Below are positions 1 to 8,524 of a stretch of 64,000 nt of DNA, piece by piece. Source of the DNA: an uncultured Christensenella sp. (GTDB taxonomy: Bacteria; Bacillota; Clostridia; Christensenellales; CAG-917). The stretch spans positions 4,527 to 68,526 of the forward strand of contig CAJTQT010000001.1 in assembly GCA_910578325.1 (NCBI GenBank). Direction: 5' to 3'. The first letter of the stretch is position 1. Each line of letters starts with the position of its first letter. The position numbers were made by a program, and so were the translations under genes. The notes under the pieces are model-generated. The model was not told the DNA's origin. It saw only the letters and a program-made list of their open reading frames with translations, and did no database searches.

Positions 1-286
1 AATCTCCTTCTTTGAAATCCGCATTGTCATAGCGTTTTGCCCCTTTCGTTGTGAGATACCAAAAACGCCCGCCCTTGTTTTTCTCAAAAAACTCGGCAAG
101 ATTTTCGTACACAATAAAATCCGTCAAATGCCAGTAATCCAGTCCCGCGCGCTTCAACGCTCTGTCGCTTATATCAAAACCCAAAGGCTTTATCAAATGC
201 ACTTTGCAACCTGTCGCCGCCGACGTCCGAACGATATTTCCTGTATTTTGCGGAATTTCAGGTTCTACCAAAACTATGTTAAACAA
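1..286 (-). CDS. trmL: tRNA 2'-O-methyltransferase TrmL (SpoU family), C-terminus cut by window edge
   Basis: Minus-strand translation reads (M)FNIVLVEPEIPQNTGNIVRTSAATGCKVHLIKPLGFDISDRALKRAGLDYWH, the TrmL/SpoU N-terminal signature. TTG start at 286 follows an AGAGGTAAAGGA RBS. It is absent from the ORF track because it runs off the window. Confidence 0.7.
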   Translation of the reverse strand, partial: MFNIVLVEPEIPQNTGNIVRTSAATGCKVHLIKPLGFDISDRALKRAGLDYWHLTDFIVYENLAEFFEKNKGGRFWYLTTKGAKRYDNADFKEGD

Positions 287-366
287 TTCCTTTACCTCTT
301 CTATTTTACTTAAACCGCGCTTTAACCGTTAAATATGGCAGGTTTAAGTGTAATTTCTGTAAATAC

Positions 367-1305
367 TCAACTTTTAAAAAAGTCCCCGACGATCCGCATT
401 ATATCGTCAAGGCACTTCGCCTCGCCCGCCTTTACGCGCACCGCTTTTGCATAGTCCTCTCCCTTTGCATAGTGGCACAGTTGAAGTTTCATCACGTTTG
501 CCACAACTCTGTCGGGCATATATTTGCGCAGTATCGCAATATGTTCGGTTGCCGCCGCGGCTTTGTCGTAAACGTAATTCTCACCGCGCAGTTGCGCAAA
601 TACATACGGTCTGCCCAGCGCGCCGCGCCCTATCATAAACCCGTCCGCGCCCGTTTCGCGCTCAACTCTTTCGAGGTCGGAAACCGAAACTATGTCGCCG
701 TTTGCAATGACAGGAATACTCACCGCCTGTTTGACCGCTTTCGTAATAGAATGGTCCGCCGTTCCGCTGTAAAACTGCGAACGGTATCTCGGATGAACCG
801 TGACAGCCGCCGCGCCATATTTCTCGGCGCTTACAGCGCACTCTACGGCAAGTGGATTTCCCTCCGTAACTCCTGCGCGCATCTTTACGGTTACGGGCTT
901 TTTACTTCCCTCTCTCACCGCCTGCACTATCTCTCCGAGCAACGCCGGATTCATCATCAACGCGCTTCCGTCTCCGTTTCCGAAGACCTTTTTAACAGGG
1001 CAACCCGCGTTTATATCGAACACGTCGAAATTAGCCAGTCGCTCGTCCTTAGCGGCTTTATACATAAACTCCGGTTCGTGACCGAAGAGTTGAACCGCGC
1101 AAGGGCTGTCGAGCGTTGCAAGCAGTTCCGCCGTGCCTTTATTGTTATACACAATTCCTTTTGCGCTTACAAGTTCCGTAAAGGTAAGCCCCGCGCCGTA
1201 TTCGGCGCACAGATGCCGCAGTCCTACGTCCGAAAAGCCCGCGATAGGCGCGAACAAAAGATTGCTTTTAAGATTTACGTTCCCTATACGCAAAGTTTTT
1301 TTCAT
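367..1305 (-). CDS. dus: tRNA-dihydrouridine synthase (Dus family)
   Basis: 312-aa ORF. LLFAPIAGFSDVGLRHLCAEYGAGLTFTELVSAKG, INAGCPVKKV, VTVKMRAG and VTVHPR are typical Dus TIM-barrel motifs. Confidence 0.9.
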   Translation of the reverse strand: MKKTLRIGNVNLKSNLLFAPIAGFSDVGLRHLCAEYGAGLTFTELVSAKGIVYNNKGTAELLATLDSPCAVQLFGHEPEFMYKAAKDERLANFDVFDINAGCPVKKVFGNGDGSALMMNPALLGEIVQAVREGSKKPVTVKMRAGVTEGNPLAVECAVSAEKYGAAAVTVHPRYRSQFYSGTADHSITKAVKQAVSIPVIANGDIVSVSDLERVERETGADGFMIGRGALGRPYVFAQLRGENYVYDKAAAATEHIAILRKYMPDRVVANVMKLQLCHYAKGEDYAKAVRVKAGEAKCLDDIMRIVGDFFKS

Positions 1306-1392
1306 AAACAGCCCGATTTAGTTTTATAAACTTTTAAACCGCCGCTAATGCGCGCTTAATTCTATTTTACCGAAACTTATCAGTAGGATACG

Positions 1393-2445
1393 TCAGTTAT
1401 TTTCCCGTTCCTGCGATTTGACTTCTTCCCAAAAGGCGTCGAGTTGTTCAAGCGTATATTCGGACATCTCTTTGCCGCTTTGCAAAACGAGTTTTTCCAC
1501 GCCTTCGAATCTGCGCATAAACTTATCGCTTGCGCCGCGCAACGCCATCTCCGCTTCCACGCCGTACATCCGTACTACGTTCATCGCCGCAAAAAGCAAG
1601 TCCCCTGCCTCTTCCGTTCTGTGCGCGTCGTCCGCTTCTGCGAGTTCGGAAATCTCCTCTTTCAGTTTTTCAATCGCGCCGATAGGATTGTCCCAGTCAA
1701 AGCCCGCCTTCTTTGCGAGTTTCTGCACTTTTTCTGCATACAGCAACGACGGCAAGTTCTTCGGGACTCTGCTCATCGCGTCGGAAGTGGACTTATACTT
1801 TTTCTCTTTCTTCTTAGCCTCGTTCCAGAACACAAGCGCTTCGTCAGCGTTGCCCGCATGGTTCTTACCGAAGATATGCGTATGGCGGTCTATGAGTTTA
1901 CGGCAAAGTTCCGTCAACATATCGTAATATCCGAACTCGCCGTCCTCCTGCGCTATCTCGGTGTGGAACACCGCCTGCATAAGAACGTCGCCGCACTCCT
2001 CTCTCATCATATCGGCGTCGTTACAGTCAATACCTTCGACGAGTTCATACGCCTCTTCGATGAGATTAATTCTGATACTGCTGTGCGTCTGAGCCTTATC
2101 CCACTCGCATCCGTCGTCTGCGCGCAACCTTTTCATAATCTGAACGAAATCGGAAAAGCCGAACCTCTTGCATTCGGTAACGGCGCAACCGTCAATGATT
2201 ACGGTATCGACCGACATTCCGTCCGAAAGTTGCGAAACGCTTGTTTCCACGTCGTTGCCGTCGCATTCGCAGACAATGCTCACGTCGCCGTAACAATCCA
2301 GAAGTTTGTCACGCAAAGCGGCGATTTCGCCATCGGAAACGTTGTCGATAACAAGCGGAATGCGCTTATCGAAAAAAATCGCCGACAAAAAATCCGCGAT
2401 TATGTAACGCTGATAAGAACCTTTTAAAACCTGATCAAGTTTCAT
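1393..2445 (-). CDS. mazG: MazG-family nucleoside triphosphate pyrophosphohydrolase (YabN-like, reduced N-terminal domain)
   Basis: Two MazG repeats are present (EEAYELVEGI..ECGDVLMQ and EEISELAEA..EAGDLLFAAMN). The position downstream of spoVT and yabM matches Bacillus yabN. Confidence 0.85.
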   Translation of the reverse strand: MKLDQVLKGSYQRYIIADFLSAIFFDKRIPLVIDNVSDGEIAALRDKLLDCYGDVSIVCECDGNDVETSVSQLSDGMSVDTVIIDGCAVTECKRFGFSDFVQIMKRLRADDGCEWDKAQTHSSIRINLIEEAYELVEGIDCNDADMMREECGDVLMQAVFHTEIAQEDGEFGYYDMLTELCRKLIDRHTHIFGKNHAGNADEALVFWNEAKKKEKKYKSTSDAMSRVPKNLPSLLYAEKVQKLAKKAGFDWDNPIGAIEKLKEEISELAEADDAHRTEEAGDLLFAAMNVVRMYGVEAEMALRGASDKFMRRFEGVEKLVLQSGKEMSEYTLEQLDAFWEEVKSQERENN

Positions 2446-4042
2446 CGCTGTACTCCCAAAATCTGACTATTCTGTGCAGAGTGCGGAAAAATCTGCGCAT
2501 AGGCAAATACTCGATTTCGTCTCTGCCGACGATTCCGAAGAGGAAAGTCAGCCAAAGATAAACCGCCGAGCAGACCGCCGCGCCCACTATCGTCGCGACC
2601 AGATTGCTTCTGATAAGACTGCTTACGCCCAACCCTGCCAAAGCCATTATAACACCGCCGAGCAGATTTAGACCAATATTTTTTTCAAGATGCAGACCGC
2701 ATATTTTCAGATACGCGATATTTACTCCCGCAAGCGCAACCGCCGCCATAGCCAGCGAAGCAAGCGCGCCCCCTGCTATACCTATATACCGTACAAGCAC
2801 AACGCTTAGGATAATTTTTACCGTAATCGCACAAACAAGACTTAAAACTGCGAATTTGGTTCTATCAAGTGCCTGTAATAGCGAAACATATATCTGCATT
2901 GCGGAAAGCATAACTACGTTTGCCGCCACAATCCGCAACAGTTGAACTGCAAGATCGAGTTGCGCCGGCGTTAACGCGGGATATATAACCGGCAGAAGTC
3001 TGGGCGCAAAAACCATAAAATAGAAGGCGCAAGGAACGCCGATAAGGTATGCAAGTTTTATCGACAGCCTACTTTTGAGCATTACGCCGCCTATATCTCT
3101 CTGCACTCTCGACACCGAGACCGAGGGGACTATTACGACCGCCAGCGACATTATAATTACGATCGGCATATTTATAAGCGAATTGACAGGTCCCGAAAGC
3201 AGCCCGTATTGAGCGGTAGCGATTTCCTGCGCGACTCCTGAATCTTTGAGTACGTTTACAAGTATAATACTGTCAAAGAAATTTGAAAGCGGCATCAGCA
3301 CCGCGACAATCGCAATAGGGAACGCCACTTTAAACATCGTCCGCGCGTCGTTCCTGCTGACTTTGAGTTTTTCCCCTTTAAGTTTGCGTCCGCGCACGAA
3401 ATACGTTATAACGAGATACGCAAGCGCAAACGCCTCCGACGCCGCAATTCCCAAAAGCGCGCCGTTGACCGCCGCCGTAACTCCCTTAGGCATCAACGCG
3501 ACGGAAAGTCCTATTCCGACCGCCAGTTTGACAACTTGCTCGATAATGTTGGATACAGCCGTCGGGAGCATATACATCTCACCCTGAAACCAACCTCTGA
3601 ATCCCGCTATAAGACTGACAAGTATAATTGTCGGCGCGATTATCATAAAACCCGTACGCGTATCGGAGTTCCCCTGCCACTGCGCAAGTTTACCTGCAAG
3701 CGTAAATGTGAGAATTGCCAGTATCGCCCCGAGCGCGGTCAGCACGAGAATGGCGGATACAAGATATTTCTTCGTAGGCGCTCCCTCCGCCCGCTTCTCC
3801 GCCACCATACGCGAAAGCGCGGTGGGAATACCCGCCGTCGAGAGCACCATAAACAAAGCGAATACGGGAAAGACCAACTGGTACATTCCCATTCCCTGTG
3901 CGCCGAGAATATTCGTAAGCGGAACTCTGTAAAGCGCGCCGAGCATCTTTGCGACTATGCTGCCTATCGCCAGCACCGCCGCGCCCGAAAGCATAAAGCC
4001 TTTATTACGCTTTACCGCGTCTTTGGTCTTCTCTTTCGGCAT
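2435..4042 (-). CDS. MOP-superfamily polysaccharide/lipid-II flippase-like membrane protein (YabM/SpoVB/MurJ type)
   Basis: 535-aa polytopic membrane ORF with a MurJ/SpoVB-like N-terminus (GAAVLAIGSIVAKMLGALYRVPLTNILGAQGMGMYQ). It overlaps the mazG start by 11 nt and sits in spoVT-yabM-yabN synteny. Confidence 0.85.
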   Translation of the reverse strand: MPKEKTKDAVKRNKGFMLSGAAVLAIGSIVAKMLGALYRVPLTNILGAQGMGMYQLVFPVFALFMVLSTAGIPTALSRMVAEKRAEGAPTKKYLVSAILVLTALGAILAILTFTLAGKLAQWQGNSDTRTGFMIIAPTIILVSLIAGFRGWFQGEMYMLPTAVSNIIEQVVKLAVGIGLSVALMPKGVTAAVNGALLGIAASEAFALAYLVITYFVRGRKLKGEKLKVSRNDARTMFKVAFPIAIVAVLMPLSNFFDSIILVNVLKDSGVAQEIATAQYGLLSGPVNSLINMPIVIIMSLAVVIVPSVSVSRVQRDIGGVMLKSRLSIKLAYLIGVPCAFYFMVFAPRLLPVIYPALTPAQLDLAVQLLRIVAANVVMLSAMQIYVSLLQALDRTKFAVLSLVCAITVKIILSVVLVRYIGIAGGALASLAMAAVALAGVNIAYLKICGLHLEKNIGLNLLGGVIMALAGLGVSSLIRSNLVATIVGAAVCSAVYLWLTFLFGIVGRDEIEYLPMRRFFRTLHRIVRFWEYSDET

Positions 4043-4043
4043 A

Positions 4044-4592
4044 TCAGATAAGCGCGGACGTTATGAGTTCCACACAGAAATGAAGATACGAACGGTCGAT
4101 TTCCGACGCCTTCGATTCCGACAGCAAAAGTGCCGCACCCATCAAATCGCCGCCGACTATCACGGGCTCCATCACACAGTTTTCAAATAAAGGCTCTCGA
4201 TCGGCAAACATATTTTTTACGTTGTTTTTTTGCAACTCTTCCGCGCGTCTTTCGCGCACTGCGGAAGCAAAGTCTTCGCTGAGTTTAGCCGACTGATAGT
4301 GCTTCTTATCTTTACCCTCCGAAACGGTAACCGCGGACGTATCCACAAACAAAACGGTGGATTCGGTCGCCTTTGCAAGCAATTTCGCCGTGGATTTGAT
4401 TATCGGCATAACGCTTTCGAAACTGCTGTACTTGCGCAGCGTAAGAGCGTCGCCGCTTGACAGTATTTCCATTTCGTCACCCTCTTTGAGGTGCATAGTG
4501 CGGCGCATCTCTTTGGGAATAACGATACGTCCCAACTCGTCTATTCTTCTGACTATTCCCGCCGCTGTCATTGTTGATGATAATGTAGACAT
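4044..4592 (-). CDS. spoVT: Stage V sporulation protein T (AbrB-family regulator)
   Basis: GIVRRIDELGRIVIPKEMRRTMHLKEGDEMEI is the AbrB/SpoVT swapped-hairpin DNA-binding domain, followed by a GAF-like C-terminal domain. I chose the ATG at 4592 (MSTLSS) because GGAGG lies 5 nt upstream. The track ORF extends to 4643. Confidence 0.85.
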   Translation of the reverse strand: MSTLSSTMTAAGIVRRIDELGRIVIPKEMRRTMHLKEGDEMEILSSGDALTLRKYSSFESVMPIIKSTAKLLAKATESTVLFVDTSAVTVSEGKDKKHYQSAKLSEDFASAVRERRAEELQKNNVKNMFADREPLFENCVMEPVIVGGDLMGAALLLSESKASEIDRSYLHFCVELITSALI

Positions 4593-4703
4593 AATTTCCT
4601 CCGATTTGAAATTAGTATTTTTCAATCGCCGAGGAATATTCAACTCTTATAAACTTTATAAATCTCTATGCCGACACACCGCGGTTTTGACAAATCTTTA
4701 CCA

Positions 4704-4732
4704 TTGACTGCAAACATACGCAGGCGTATAAT
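4704..4732 (+). promoter_or_regulatory. sigma-A type promoter for the collagen/LRR lipoprotein gene
   Basis: TTGACT (4704-4709), a 17-nt spacer, then TATAAT (4727-4732), about 80 nt upstream of the ATG at 4812. Confidence 0.55.
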
Positions 4733-4811
4733 TATTATAGATATTTATACTCATATATTAAGTTAATACTAATGCATATCTAATACGGGTGGAAAATTCA
4801 AGGAGAAAAAT

Positions 4812-6848
4812 ATGAAAAAGAAATCGGTTTTCATAATATCGGCGTTAATGCTAATTGTCGCGTGCATATTCGTTTTAGTTGCCTGCGACAATAACAACGA
4901 AAACAACGGCGGCAATAATAACACACCGTCTGCCGAATGGGGCGAAGTTTATACTGTGGACGCCGCATACGCCCGCGCCGCAGATTTGGGATATGCAGGC
5001 TCGCTTGAAGAATTCATCGCGCTTATAAGCGGTAAAGACGGCATTGACGGAACTAACGGAAAGGACGGTAAAGACGGTATAAACGGGACCGACGGAAAGG
5101 ACGGCATAAACGGAACAAACGGCAAAGACGGAGTGGACGGAATTAACGGAATCAATGGAAAGGACGGCATCGACGGTAAAGACGGAGTCGGCATTGTAGA
5201 CATAGAACTAACTTCATCGGGAAATTTGATAATTCGTCTATCCAACAATGAAAGCATCGACCTCGGAACAGTGTTCAAGTGCGAGCATTCCTATTCCGAC
5301 TGGCAAACCGTGCTCGAACCTACCTGCACCGCTGTCGGATACGATGTCCGCACCTGCACGAAATGCGACAGCAAGGATTATAAATTTTATGAACAACTGG
5401 GGCACGAATGGGACGACGCCTCAATCGCAATAGAACCCAACTGCTTTAATCGCGGTCTGAAGATATACGGATGTTTGGTATGCGACGCAACAAGAAGCGA
5501 AATTTTGGAAAAGCGGCATAACTATGTCGACGGCGTCTGCACCGTCTGCGAAACTCTCGAACCGACTGAAGATTTGCTGGACTTCACTCCTATTGAAGTT
5601 GGATATAGCGTCCGCATAAACCTCATCGAGCAACAATCGGCAAAAAACATTGTAATTCCCGACACATACAACGGATTACCCGTTACTCAAATTGAAATAA
5701 ACGGATTTCGCAATTGTACCGAACTTGAAAGCATATATATTCCTAACAGCATTACGTCTATTATGAACGACGCATTTGCTAATTGCTCAAAACTGAAGAA
5801 TATACATATTCCCGAAAGCGTTACGTATATAAATAAATCCGCATTCATAAGAATTCCTTTGGAAAATATAACGATAGATAAAAGAAACTCCGTTTATCAC
5901 AGTGCGGGAAACTGTATTATTGAGACCGAAAGTAAGACTCTGTTGACAGGTTGCCAAAACAGCGTCATACCCAGTGACGGTAGCGTTGTAAAAATCGGAA
6001 GTTACGCATTTTACCACTCTGCACTGACAAGTATCATCATCCCGGAAAGCATTGTTGAGATAGAAGACTATGCTTTTGGGCAGTGCATTGACTTGAAAGT
6101 GGTCTACAATTTTTCTGACCTGGATATTGTCAAGGGTTCTGCTAACCACGGTTTTGTGGCATATTATGCGGAAGATGTTTACACCGCTCTTGATAATGAC
6201 ACTAAGTATGATTCGATTATGTTCACGTTGACTAATGATTTAACCGGCTATGAAGTGCATGCAAGAAACAAATCAATCACGAGCGCGGAAATACCTGAGA
6301 CATACAAGGGCTTGCCGGTAAAAGAAATCGGCGACAGCGCATTTACTAATTGTACGGAACTCGAAAGCATACAAATTGCCGACAGCATTACACGCATAGG
6401 CAACAATGCATTTGCGAGATGCACAAAACTGAAAAGCCTGAATATTCCTAAAAGCGTAACGAATATCGGACGCAATATATTAACGCTTTCGGGAGTAGAA
6501 AATATAACCGTTGAAGAAGGGAACCCCGTTTTCCACAGCGACGGGAACTGTATTATAGAAACGGAAAGCAAAACATTGATTGTCGGCATAAATAACAGCA
6601 TTATCCCCCGAGACGGAAGTGTTAAAATAATCGGGGAATATGCGTTTCTCCTGTGCGAAGAGTTGACTCAAATCGTAATACCCGAGTGCATTGTCGAAAT
6701 CAAAGAAAGAGCGTTTATGAACTGCACCGCTCTAAAAACGGTTTATAATCTTTCTGCCTTAGATATTACAGTCGGCTCGTCTAAACACGGTAATATAGGA
6801 TCTTATGCCGAGAATATCTATACAACTCTTGAAGAAAACGTATTGTAA
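4812..6848 (+). CDS. Surface lipoprotein with collagen-like GXY repeats, a Cys-motif region and two BspA-type leucine-rich-repeat modules
   Basis: AAGGAG RBS. Signal peptide with lipobox LVAC (Cys25). 18 GXY triplets. CxxxGxxxxxCxxC..LGHEW motifs. Two paralogous LRR blocks (NCTELESIYIPNSITSI.. and NCTELESIQIADSITRI..). Confidence 0.8.
   Translation: MKKKSVFIISALMLIVACIFVLVACDNNNENNGGNNNTPSAEWGEVYTVDAAYARAADLGYAGSLEEFIALISGKDGIDGTNGKDGKDGINGTDGKDGINGTNGKDGVDGINGINGKDGIDGKDGVGIVDIELTSSGNLIIRLSNNESIDLGTVFKCEHSYSDWQTVLEPTCTAVGYDVRTCTKCDSKDYKFYEQLGHEWDDASIAIEPNCFNRGLKIYGCLVCDATRSEILEKRHNYVDGVCTVCETLEPTEDLLDFTPIEVGYSVRINLIEQQSAKNIVIPDTYNGLPVTQIEINGFRNCTELESIYIPNSITSIMNDAFANCSKLKNIHIPESVTYINKSAFIRIPLENITIDKRNSVYHSAGNCIIETESKTLLTGCQNSVIPSDGSVVKIGSYAFYHSALTSIIIPESIVEIEDYAFGQCIDLKVVYNFSDLDIVKGSANHGFVAYYAEDVYTALDNDTKYDSIMFTLTNDLTGYEVHARNKSITSAEIPETYKGLPVKEIGDSAFTNCTELESIQIADSITRIGNNAFARCTKLKSLNIPKSVTNIGRNILTLSGVENITVEEGNPVFHSDGNCIIETESKTLIVGINNSIIPRDGSVKIIGEYAFLLCEELTQIVIPECIVEIKERAFMNCTALKTVYNLSALDITVGSSKHGNIGSYAENIYTTLEENVL
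5031..5192 (+). repeat. Collagen-like triplet repeat (18 x Gly-X-Y) inside the lipoprotein gene
   Basis: aa 74-127 read GKD GID GTN GKD GKD GIN GTD GKD GIN GTN GKD GVD GIN GIN GKD GID GKD GVG. Confidence 0.85.
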
Positions 6849-6875
6849 CTTAGAATACATCGATTCCCCAAAAGC

Positions 6876-6902
6876 AAAACCGCCGGATTTATCGGCGGTT
6901 TT
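6876..6902. terminator. Bidirectional rho-independent terminator between convergent genes
   Basis: AAAACCGCCG-GATTTAT-CGGCGGTTTT hairpin flanked by A and T runs, between the stops at 6848 (+) and 6949 (-). Confidence 0.7.
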
Positions 6903-6948
6903 CAATTATGGTTATACGTTTCTCAGTTCCTTAATTATATAGTTAAAT

Positions 6949-7971
6949 TCAATTGCCCAACATTGTATCATAAATCTCAGCGCAATCATTTTTGACAAGG
7001 CCTTTGGCAACATTGAGTGTAAGCGCGTCGCAATTTTTGGAGGGGCTTACAAAATCCCGCATAACAATATTTATATATTGAAGATACTCGCTGTCCGAAA
7101 ACCCTCTCACGCACGCATTCATATTGCTCTCGTGCTGACCTTCTCTATATCTCGGTCCGAACACGAAACAGCCGTCGGTAAGTTGGCTCTGCAACACAAA
7201 CAATCCGCCTATGCTGTTTTTATAACTCTCTATATAAGCGGGAATCGCTTTATCTATATACTTTTTAGAGGAATAATACCTGTTCCAACTTCCTTTATAA
7301 AAGGATTGCAAGCATCCCACGTTCACGTCGCCGTTATCATCGTTTCGGACGAAATAACGGTTGTCGTTTTTCGCGTAATCGTCATCATATCCCCAAATAA
7401 GCAGGCATTTCCCTCTCGTATCCCCGAGCGTAAGCGTTTCGATAAACTCCAAGTCTGTCTGTCCCGACTCTTTTGCTATAAATTTGCCGCCCAGATACTC
7501 GTCGAGCATAGCCACAGTCTTTTCTATAGCCTCGTCGTTGCCGAATTTATGAACATCAAGAATGACGCATTCGGACGGATTAGAATCCAGAAAATCTCCG
7601 ACATCCGTCAACACGTCTTTGAGATACAAACTGTACGCGGGACCGTGATAAATTCTGCACTCGCCTTTCTTCGCCTTTACGCGCAAATCGAAATATCTTG
7701 TTCCGCAGGCGAGTTGGTCTCCTATATCCCTGTCCTGCGTAATACTGTACCACGGCATACCCACAGTCCCTGCGTCGTGCGACCCCGGTATGACGACCTG
7801 TCGTAGCAAGGCGTCGTCCTTAATATACGACATCCATTCGGACAGTTGTGAAGAGGGTTCGGACGTATCGTTTATACGATTAGAAACAATAGAACCGACC
7901 GTTGCCATAATAACTACTATAAGCAGAACGCAGACAACTGCAATCAATGCGATTTTCAGACCTAATTTCAT
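6949..7971 (-). CDS. Membrane-anchored PI-PLC X-domain (PLC-like phosphodiesterase) protein
   Basis: N-terminal TM helix, then VIPGSHDAGT, YFDLRV and RIYHGP motifs characteristic of the bacterial phosphatidylinositol-specific phospholipase C X domain. Confidence 0.7.
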   Translation of the reverse strand: MKLGLKIALIAVVCVLLIVVIMATVGSIVSNRINDTSEPSSQLSEWMSYIKDDALLRQVVIPGSHDAGTVGMPWYSITQDRDIGDQLACGTRYFDLRVKAKKGECRIYHGPAYSLYLKDVLTDVGDFLDSNPSECVILDVHKFGNDEAIEKTVAMLDEYLGGKFIAKESGQTDLEFIETLTLGDTRGKCLLIWGYDDDYAKNDNRYFVRNDDNGDVNVGCLQSFYKGSWNRYYSSKKYIDKAIPAYIESYKNSIGGLFVLQSQLTDGCFVFGPRYREGQHESNMNACVRGFSDSEYLQYINIVMRDFVSPSKNCDALTLNVAKGLVKNDCAEIYDTMLGN

Positions 7972-8007
7972 AATTCCCCCAACCGAATCGCTTTTTAAAC
8001 GACGGTT

Positions 8008-8295
8008 TTAATAGTTGAGATAAAGTTTTGTTTTCTTTTCGTCCTGAACGCGCTCAATTATGAAAGTATCGAAATCCACTTCTTCTATAAAATCGCGCGG
8101 AAGGTATTTTATGCGGTTAAACTTCTCGAAATGCTTTATGTGATTAGGAAGCGTAACGGGCGCGGAGATATCGAGACGGTAGGCAAGTTCCTGCAAAAGT
8201 TTATGATAATCGGATTTGGACAGAGTGAGATTGTCCTCATATATAACGTCCCGCAGTATCTTGTCTGCCTTCATAACTTTTGCCCAAACTTTCAT
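8008..8295 (-). CDS. Hypothetical small protein (95 aa)
   Basis: The ORF has a GAGGTAGG RBS before the ATG at 8295 (MKVWAKVMKADK..). I recognise no family. Confidence 0.5.
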   Translation of the reverse strand: MKVWAKVMKADKILRDVIYEDNLTLSKSDYHKLLQELAYRLDISAPVTLPNHIKHFEKFNRIKYLPRDFIEEVDFDTFIIERVQDEKKTKLYLNY

Positions 8296-8524
8296 CAACC
8301 TACCTCGCAATTTGCATATATCGTTTATAATCATATCACATAGTGCAATTTACGGCAATACCATATATGGGAATTTAGCGTAAATGCGCGTATACGCAAC
8401 TCATAAACACTATATATGGTATATTTTACGATTGAATGTTTTGCAAATTGATTTAGAGCGCGGAATGTGCTATTCTTATTCTCGCGCCCGCGGGTTCGGG
8501 TAGCAGAAAAGGCAGGGATATTAT

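Noticed and set aside
472-1329. Long plus-strand ORFs opposite dus (472-1329). Similar shadows lie opposite the BMP lipoprotein (14993-16348), the SCIFF maturase (41513-42748), ppx (56815-57867), hom/coaX (33952-34929 and 35399-36205) and others.
   Set aside because: Each overlaps a confidently recognised gene on the other strand. Each has Arg/Ser/Phe-rich unnatural composition and lacks RBS or family motifs.
8340-8524. Palindromes CCATATATGG and GCGTATACGC upstream of the dnaD-like gene. The 12-mer GCGCGTATACGC also occurs upstream of the large surface protein gene (about 59346).
   Set aside because: These are short GTATAC-centred palindromes that recur by chance in this sequence (also seen near 27190 and 58100). 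I could find no consistent spacing to promoters.
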